Assembly (NCBI GenBank): GCA_964016885.1
Contig: OZ024751.1
Span: 23,932,001 to 23,996,000 of the forward strand
Source: Eledone cirrhosa
Taxonomy: Eukaryota
Direction: 5' to 3'
Length of the DNA stretch: 64,000 bases
Part shown: piece after piece, positions 55,016 to 64,000 of the stretch
Layout: the number at the start of each line of letters is the position of its first letter
Position numbering within the stretch: the first letter of the stretch is position 1
Position numbers and translations under genes: made by a program
The notes under the pieces: model-generated
Told to the model about the DNA's origin: nothing
Seen by the model: only the letters and a program-made list of their open reading frames with translations
Databases searched by the model: none

Positions 55016-55175
55016 GTTATTCCGGGTTGAATCGGATGTAACCAGGAGTAAGTAGGGTACTCAATACATCAATACATAGTAGAGTATAAAAGTTTTAATA
55101 TAGAAGACCTTCTACAGGACTAGAACTGTTTCATTCGTGAGAAATCATCGTGAGAAATCATCGTGAGAAATCATA
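55016..55175 (-). mobile_element. Family A pLTR fragment with triplicated 13-mer at its 5' junction
   Basis: Matches family A. cgtgagaaatcat occurs three times in tandem at 55136-55174. Confidence 0.85.
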
Positions 55176-55319
55176 TATATATATATGTATGTATACACAA
55201 CAATGTGGTATGAAATAATAGATTAATTTTAATATTCCATACCTTAAATTTTTCTTTGCGTTTTACTATCATTACATAACAATACTATTATCCTATTATC
55301 ACTATCATTATTATCATCA

Positions 55320-55351
<32 letters not shown>

Positions 55352-55469
55352 TTCAATCCCGCCGAGGTTGACTTTGCCTTTCATCCTCACGGGGTCGATA
55401 AAATAAAGTACCAGTAATGCGCTGGGTAATTGCTGGCCTTGTGCCTAAAGTAGAAACAATTATTATTAT

Positions 55470-55617
55470 TTTCATTGTTATTTTTTTGTTACATCCTCCT
55501 TTTTTGTTTTTTTAACACGCAGAAATGCCCATTTGTACCGTCCTGTACCGTCCTGTACTGTCCTTAATGTCTACTTTATGTAAACCCTTGTGGTTAATAA
55601 AGAAAGCATTATTATTA
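55470..55617 (+). mobile_element. Second copy of the same LINE 3' UTR
   Basis: Near-identical to 54040-54182 (acacgcagaaatgccc...tgtaaacccttgtggttaataaagaaagcatt). Confidence 0.7.
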
Positions 55618-55778
55618 GTTGACTTTGCCTTTCATCCTTACGGGGGTCGATAAAATGAAGTACCAGTAATGCACTGGTTAATTGCTGGCCCTGTGCCTAA
55701 AGTAGAAACAATTATTATTATTATAAAGTACCAGTAATGCACTGGGTATTTGCTGGCCTTGTGCCTAAAGTAGAAACA

Positions 55779-55841
<63 letters not shown>

Positions 55842-55912
55842 AATTGTTCTTTGAGTCTCAGTCATTGATGTTATTTAACTGGAAAGTCTGTTGAAATGAT
55901 AATATTATTATT

Positions 55913-55913
<1 letters not shown>

Positions 55914-55948
<35 letters not shown>

Positions 55949-55950
55949 GC

Positions 55951-55981
<31 letters not shown>

Positions 55982-55982
55982 G
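55914..55982. repeat. (TTG)n microsatellite
   Basis: Direct inspection. Confidence 0.95.
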
Positions 55983-56146
55983 CTCTGTTCGCTCGGTGGT
56001 GTCAGATACAATCTCCGGAGAATATAGTTGTGTAAGGTGTAATATAACTGTATACGCGGATGCAATATAGAAAAATATGTATGCAAGTTCACTGCAGCAC
56101 GAGAGCTTGCTCACACACAGACACACACCTATATATATATTCATAC

Positions 56147-56216
<70 letters not shown>

Positions 56217-56226
56217 GTGTGTATGC

Positions 56227-56271
<45 letters not shown>

Positions 56272-56304
56272 GTATATATAAATACATATATGCATATATA
56301 TACG

Positions 56305-56340
<36 letters not shown>

Positions 56341-56378
56341 AATATGTATATATAAATACATATATGCATATATATACG

Positions 56379-56418
<40 letters not shown>

Positions 56419-56456
56419 AATATGTATATATAAATACATATATGCATATATATACG

Positions 56457-56505
<49 letters not shown>

Positions 56506-56591
56506 TTGCGACCGATATATAGTATTAGCAATTGGAAAGACCAATAGAAACATTGTTTCCACGGTCCGATTTGACGAAAGACGATCGGCTG

Positions 56592-56648
<57 letters not shown>

Positions 56649-56703
56649 ATTCTTGTATGCATGTACTTTTGATTGCATGTGCGTCTGCACTTATGTAAAT
56701 AGG

Positions 56704-56734
<31 letters not shown>

Positions 56735-57069
56735 TTACATAAGTGCAGACGTACATACAATCAAAAGTACATGCATACAAGAATCCTCACATATATACAA
56801 GTATCTATGAATGAATGCCTGCATTCATTATTTCATACCTACATACATACTTGCATACATACGAGTGGGAACATAAAAAGAAGAAAATTCACCGATTGAC
56901 ACAGAAACTGTATAAACATAAACACAGAAACACTATGGCATACAACGATTCATATATACATGTATATATATATATATATTAAGACAGGGGGGAAGAAAAA
57001 ATGGCTTCACTTGTGCTTTCAACAAATTTATTTTTTCACAAAACCCCAAAAAGAATTTTTTTTATTTTT

Positions 57070-57141
<72 letters not shown>

Positions 57142-57255
57142 GTTATATGTGCATATATATATGCACATATAACTATATAAATATACATATATATATATAT
57201 GCACATATAACTATATAAATATACATACATATATATATATATATGCACATATAAT

Positions 57256-57293
<38 letters not shown>

Positions 57294-57381
57294 CAGGGAG
57301 AAAGAGACGATTATTAGGATGAAAATAATATTTTTTTCCATTTTTGTTTCTCTCTCTCTTTTTATACATATATATATATAC

Positions 57382-57490
<109 letters not shown>

Positions 57491-57997
57491 CATACATTCA
57501 TTTATTTATGTTTATCTATGTGCATGCATACCTTTATACATACATATTTACATTCATACATACAGACACATAATACATATATTCATACATACACATAATA
57601 CATATATTCATACATACACATACATACATATATGTATCCATTTATGCACACATATTTACAAACCTCTACACATATACATACAACAACCTTGTAAGAAAAT
57701 ACTATATACAATGAGGGAGGGAGAGAACAAAAAGGGAAATACAGAGGGAAGTATATAGATAATAAGTAAAAGAGATAGAGAGCGGGAGAGAGAGGAGAGA
57801 GGGAGAGGGAGAGAGATTGACAGAGGGTGATGGGAGAGAGAAGCACAGAGACAATGAGAAATCTATACCATTCACTAAACAAACGGAATCGATACAACGT
57901 TGAAATCTATATAAAAGTTAAAACTTTTCTACGAAACCCACACACACGCATATACACATGCATATATATATATATATTATATATATATATATATATA

Positions 57998-58167
57998 ATA
58001 AATTTGAAGACTAAAATCCAAAGAGGGCTCGATAAGGATAAATATATATCAAATATATAAGAACCGTAGAGCAAATATTTATTAAAATAACAGATTAAAG
58101 TTTAAGCAAAGAATCGCTGCTTTCACCCTTTCAGAGTTTCAGAAGATCCCGTTAAGGGTGAAAGCGG

Positions 58168-58170
<3 letters not shown>
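57998..58170 (-). mobile_element. Family C pLTR fold-back in (TA)n
   Basis: Reverse complement of about 33123-33252 plus a short arm gtttcagaagatcccgttaagggtgaaagc. Confidence 0.85.
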
Positions 58171-58215
<45 letters not shown>

Positions 58216-58682
58216 CATGCATTCCCCAGTTGTGTCGATGGGTGAACACAGTTAAGTTAGGTAATCGATATATTGGTAGAGTATAGGGATTTTTTTTTAT
58301 TATTTCATATAGAAATAACTTCTACGGGACCAGAACTGTTTCACTAGTAACCAGCTTTATCTGACATTCTGACATCCCTGTAGAAGTCATTTCTATTTAA
58401 AATAATATATATATATATATATATATAAAGATTCAGCGAGAATCGCATTTTCGGCGGTCAGGAAAAGCGAAGCGAAACGCAAAAATCAGAAATGATACTG
58501 GCAAAGTGCTCAATAGTTAAAACCCAGAGCTAAACAATGTGTTAAGAAGCCATACAAAACTGAAAAGGTGGTCAAGAAAGCATTAGCCACCCAAGCCAAA
58601 AACCAAATCAAGCTAAACAGGTCAAAATAAAATAAATGATAAAAAATAAGTGATAACCAGAGCTGGACTCCTGGAATTGCTG

Positions 58683-58756
<74 letters not shown>

Positions 58757-58879
58757 CTATAGATAGATAGATAGATAAATAGATATAAAAAAAAAAATAT
58801 ATATATATATATAAAAATATATATATATATATAAATATATATATGTATATATATATATAATTAGAATTGGTGCTCATTC

Positions 58880-58967
<88 letters not shown>

Positions 58968-59218
58968 ATGTATATGTATATACACTTTCTCACTGACGAA
59001 CATACACGTATTAAAAATAAAATTGTAATAGAAAATAAATAAATAAATAAACAACAAAACATGTCACCTGTCAAGAAGGGCTAATAAATCAATCGAACAA
59101 TTTAAAGTTCAATAGAAACAACATAAATACAAAGATTTATATATATATATATATATTGGGTCATCAAGAATGAAATGTGTAGAAAAAAAAACTAATTTCT
59201 ACAAATTTCATATTTGAC

Positions 59219-59274
<56 letters not shown>

Positions 59275-59276
59275 GT

Positions 59277-59356
<80 letters not shown>

Positions 59357-59807
59357 ATAATATATACGTACATAATATATACGTACATAACAATACGAAC
59401 AGATATGTGCGCCGCACACGCGCTGACAAACACACATGTGCGCACGCACAAACAAACTAATACATCGCATCGCTTCATTTCATATTGCTTTGAATCAGAC
59501 GATTAATCAACGATAATTCGAAGAGTTCTCATATTTTCCCTCACATACTCTCGTTTTTCCCTCTCCTACTGTATATATCGTCTTCTCTTCTCGCCCATTC
59601 TCATTCTCGCGCGCTTTCTGTCTTTCTCTGTCTTTTTCTTTATCACTATATCTGTCTCTCTATCAATCTTGTTTTTCTGTTCGTTTTCCCGCTTCTGCTA
59701 TATAGATCATACCCCCTCTACTTCTCTCTCTCTCTCTTCCTTGCTTTAATTCTTTCTTTAGCTATCTGTCTCTCCATCTATCTTTAGATCTTTTGTTGAT
59801 CATTTCC

Positions 59808-59942
<135 letters not shown>

Positions 59943-60136
59943 CCAATCGTCACTCGATATATATCTATCTACCTATCTTTATATTTATCTATCTATCATT
60001 TCCTTTAGACTTTTTTGCTTATCAGTTTTTCTCTCTCACTCACTCTCTCCCTCTATTGCTCTCTCTCTCTCTCTCTCCCTAACTCTCTCTCTCTCTCTCT
60101 TTCTCTCTCCCTGAGTCTTTATATATATATACACAC

Positions 60137-60197
<61 letters not shown>

Positions 60198-60750
60198 TAC
60201 ATATATCCTCATTTCTCTCACGCTATCTATCTATCTAACTTTATTTATCTTTTACTTTAGATTTATTTAGGTTTATCATTTCATTTCTTCTTATTCTCTC
60301 TCACCCTCTCTGCTTTCTCTCTGCCAATCTCTGTCCCTATCTCTCCCCCCCCTCTCTCTCTCTATCCCAATCAGCTGTTAATACTGTGGCACACAACTTA
60401 CAGGACACTACTGGCAATTTTAACTGTTCAAAGGAATCAAACATCCTCACTAATGATACAATACGTTCTATGATAGCTGAGGTAAGTGTCGTTTTAACGC
60501 ATCTTTTATTTATGTTTAAGTTTTGATTTTAAATCATTATGTTTTTATTTTTCATATCAACCATCCATTTTTGTTGTTGTTGATGTTGTTTTTCTTGTTC
60601 CTGTTGTTGCATGTCTACTTATAAATTTTCTATGTTCACTTTTTTGTTAGTTTATTCTTCTCAAACAAATGCCTATTGGAGTTAAATGTGTTGCCATCCC
60701 TTCTTGAGCGAGGCTACTACGATACTAATTAGCACTATTGCTCTAATATA

Positions 60751-60798
<48 letters not shown>

Positions 60799-60814
60799 TA
60801 CACACACACACACG

Positions 60815-60859
<45 letters not shown>

Positions 60860-60928
60860 AAAAAGAGATGAAATCGAAAATGCAACTGAAGTCTTATTTT
60901 TTAAAAAAATATATATATTTATTTGGTT

Positions 60929-60966
60929 CCTTTACCGGTTTCGCAGTTCTTCTGCTTTTCAAAAGG
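60929..60966 (-). ncRNA. Minimal hammerhead with U3-A8 core variant (family H)
   Basis: Minus strand: cctt TTGAAAA gcag aagaa ctgc GAAA ccgg TA aagg. Same motif at 44464-44500 (-) and 44574-44610 (+). Confidence 0.75.
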
Positions 60967-60997
60967 TGAGTTGAGATGGAGGGTCTGTGGTTTTTCT

Positions 60998-61076
<79 letters not shown>

Positions 61077-61138
61077 ATATAGTTAAATAAGATAACAAGC
61101 GCGATTGGTTACTCCTTCATTACGTTTATTGGTTGGTG

Positions 61139-61221
61139 AGTGACGCGGGTTTCGCCACTGACCAGCTCAAGGTTTGATATGTATCGATCTGACCTGACTG
61201 TAACCCGCGGCTCGTCAGACC
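61139..61221 (-). ncRNA. Type I hammerhead with long stem II insertion
   Basis: Minus strand: ggt CTGACGA gcc...(about 50 nt)...ggc GAAA cccgcg TC act, followed by AATAAA and a tail ending at (TA)n. Confidence 0.7.
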
Positions 61222-61390
61222 CTTTGTAATGTTAATGGAAGAATGTTATCTCATCTTATTTAACTATAATACACTCTGTATAGCTCTACATCTCGACACT
61301 GAAGTGAACCTAAACATCGAGTGCTCACCCAGGTGAACCAACAGTAACTCCAAGTTACACTCCCTGGATATATATATATATATAGAGAGA

Positions 61391-61456
<66 letters not shown>

Positions 61457-63528
61457 GAGTCTTTTCAATGACACTTTGGTTTTCTCAGACTGAATCATCG
61501 ACATAGTTTCTGTTTTTGCTTGAAATTACTTCACTTCATAGTAATTTTATACTGTTCGTAAATATGCAATAAAAAGAAAAAAATATGTTTACTGCCCCTC
61601 TAAATCATAGAGTTGCTCTGAACACTCACACCTACGCCACATCCCAAAAAACTCGGCCATCTGTAAATTTTTTCCCCGCCAGAGTAGACCTACGACAATT
61701 TAAACAAACCCTCAACAGCGCCTGATTCGTTATTCCCGGAGGACCTGTTAAGGCTATGGTCACAGCACATTCCCCAAAATCTTCCAAGTAATAAATACAT
61801 ACATACATAAATAAACAGACTTAGAAAAAGAGTCTAATTTGCTACGTTATGTAACCGTCTGCTATTTAAGCTATAATAATTGTAAATATTGAAGTTTTTA
61901 TAACAATCTAGCACGACTGATATAACTACATAGCACGACTGATTCTTCGTATTTTAGTTCAAATATCCCGCCAGTGATTCGTTATTTTATAATGTAGGGA
62001 ACGCGTCATTTATCATATAAATTTCAAAACTTTATAAGTATAAACACCTTTTGTAAGTGTGTTTGTTTTTTCACGAGAGTTACATTCAATATATATATAA
62101 TGTTTTATATCGTTTAGTCTGGATGTACTAAAAATTGTCTATGACACATTTTAGTACTTAACGAGGGTTGTGTGGGGCGGGAAAGTATCTTTGAATCAGA
62201 AAACTGGTCCGGATATTTGTAATGTAATGCATTCTATTAAAGGGTCCAACAGCGCCAAGATTACGCATGAAATCCCCGCCCACCCCCCAAATAAAATAAC
62301 TAGACCACATCAAAAATAACCCCAGTCAACCACTCTAGACTGGTAATTTATTTTATTTCATAGATCTAGGATGAATGAGAGATAAAGTTGACATGATGAA
62401 GATTTGAACTCAAAACCGAAAGAGCTAAAGTAAATGTTCCAAAGTCTTTTATATGACGTTTTAACAAGTATCCGTACTAAAATGGTGAAAAAGTATGTTT
62501 AATGCTAAATAGTGGGTAACAGCTCTTAAGATGTTCTGTTATTCTTAAAGGGTTCTACGAGTAATACTAATGTCCATTAATTCCTTATACTTTCTCTCCT
62601 TTCAAAAATATGCTGTTTCTATTTTTGTAAGTTTGAATGTCAAACTCTGACCAGTTGTGCATTGATTTTCACATTTTAAAACACGATGAGAAAAATTAAC
62701 AGGGAAAGGTGTAGATCTTCAGATACGACCAAACAATCTGTTTTGCTTGATCTTTCTACTGATCTTTTCATCTACTTGTTGCATATCTTGGCAGGAGTCA
62801 GGTGACATTTGGACCGAGGACACATAAACCCGGAGTAGATACCGCCAAGCATCCCGTTCGACCGTTAACAAACCTTCCACCCCAACGCACTTAGATCGGT
62901 ACTTTAATTAACGATCCCAAAGGAAATAACTACCAATTGATGAAAAAAGTTTCTGTAGTAGATGTCTGCTAATATACAAGAGAAAATTGTGTCTTATGAT
63001 CGCTACAGTTCGAATCTTGACATAAATATAAATAAATGAAAAACTCTTTACTACTTAAATCCACAAATTTCAAGATATTATTATAAAAAGGAACGGGTGG
63101 GATGAGAAGTCAGCTGGGAACTGGAATCCATAATCGATTTCTGTTCGTTATTATTGTAATTTACATTCAATTGCTTTAAAAAATGATGCCGGTAAAGTTT
63201 TTTATTTTATTTTATTTTATTTTTATTTATTTATTTATTTATTTATTTTATGTATCCGGATGTTAATATCTATTCTCTGTTAGAAATTGAATGCAGATTG
63301 CTTGCTGTGAAAATATAATTGATTACCGCAATTTATCATCTTCAGGAAATCACACGTAAACACACACACACACATATATACATGCACACACACCTATACA
63401 CACACATATGTACACTCACACATATACATATATGTATATATGTACATATACATGTGTGTATGTATATATATATATATGTATATATATATATGTGTGTTTG
63501 TATATGTATATGTATGTGTATATCTATA

Positions 63529-63585
<57 letters not shown>

Positions 63586-63929
63586 AGATAAGCAGAACAC
63601 GTAAAATTCAATCAATTTTTCAAAATAAATCAAAATTAATATACAATCAAAATTAATCAAAATTAAAAAAATTAATATAAATATTTACCTATTCTAATGG
63701 CCCTAACTGTACAGTTTCACGGTGCAAAACATTAAATATCACCAGGATATTAATGGAAAAGCAACGATCATCAGAGAAGCATTATATATATATATGAAGG
63801 TTTAACAGATACACTAATGAGAATATGATTATTTGGCTCTCTGAACTTTCTAGAATATAATATCACAATTGAAAAGAAATTGATTCAACTGAGAAAGGAA
63901 AGTTCCAATAATTATTTCTTTCTGTATAA

Positions 63930-64000
63930 GGGCGGTGGATTGGCAGTATCGGTAGAGGGTCAGACGCCATGCTTTCCAGCATAGTTACGTCCCTTTACGA
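63930..64000 (+). mobile_element. Major SINE 5' end, runs off the window
   Basis: ggcggtggattggcagtatcggtagagggtcagacgccatgctttccagcatagttacgtccctttacga. Confidence 0.9.

Overview
Eukaryotic, very AT-rich, repeat-saturated non-coding window with no confidently identifiable host exon. Dense (TA)n/(CA)n/(GA)n microsatellites and a dominant tRNA-derived SINE suggest an invertebrate genome, possibly octopus (inference, not verified). It holds two decayed Penelope-like retroelements (PLEs) with RT + C-terminal GIY-YIG endonuclease (4952-6850 and 17315-19893), a third PLE ORF fragment, about 30 copies of one SINE (several with clear target-site duplications), a non-autonomous Helitron, RTE and L1/Tx1-like 3' ends, and several minisatellites. 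The main hidden signal is a swarm of short insertions in (TA)n tracts from about 10 distinct sequence families. Nearly all carry a type I hammerhead ribozyme fold, including non-canonical cores such as U3-A8. Many are fold-back palindromes whose inversion points lie in or next to the ribozyme helices. Their 3' tails preserve a shared TTGAGT motif and ATG-initiated peptide starts. There is also a 252-bp unit with a tRNA-like head, terminal direct repeats and a decayed hammerhead, resembling a retrozyme. Nearly all ORFs in the supplied track are microsatellite artefacts. Ribozymes were folded by eye, family letters A-J are my own labels, and element boundaries are approximate.
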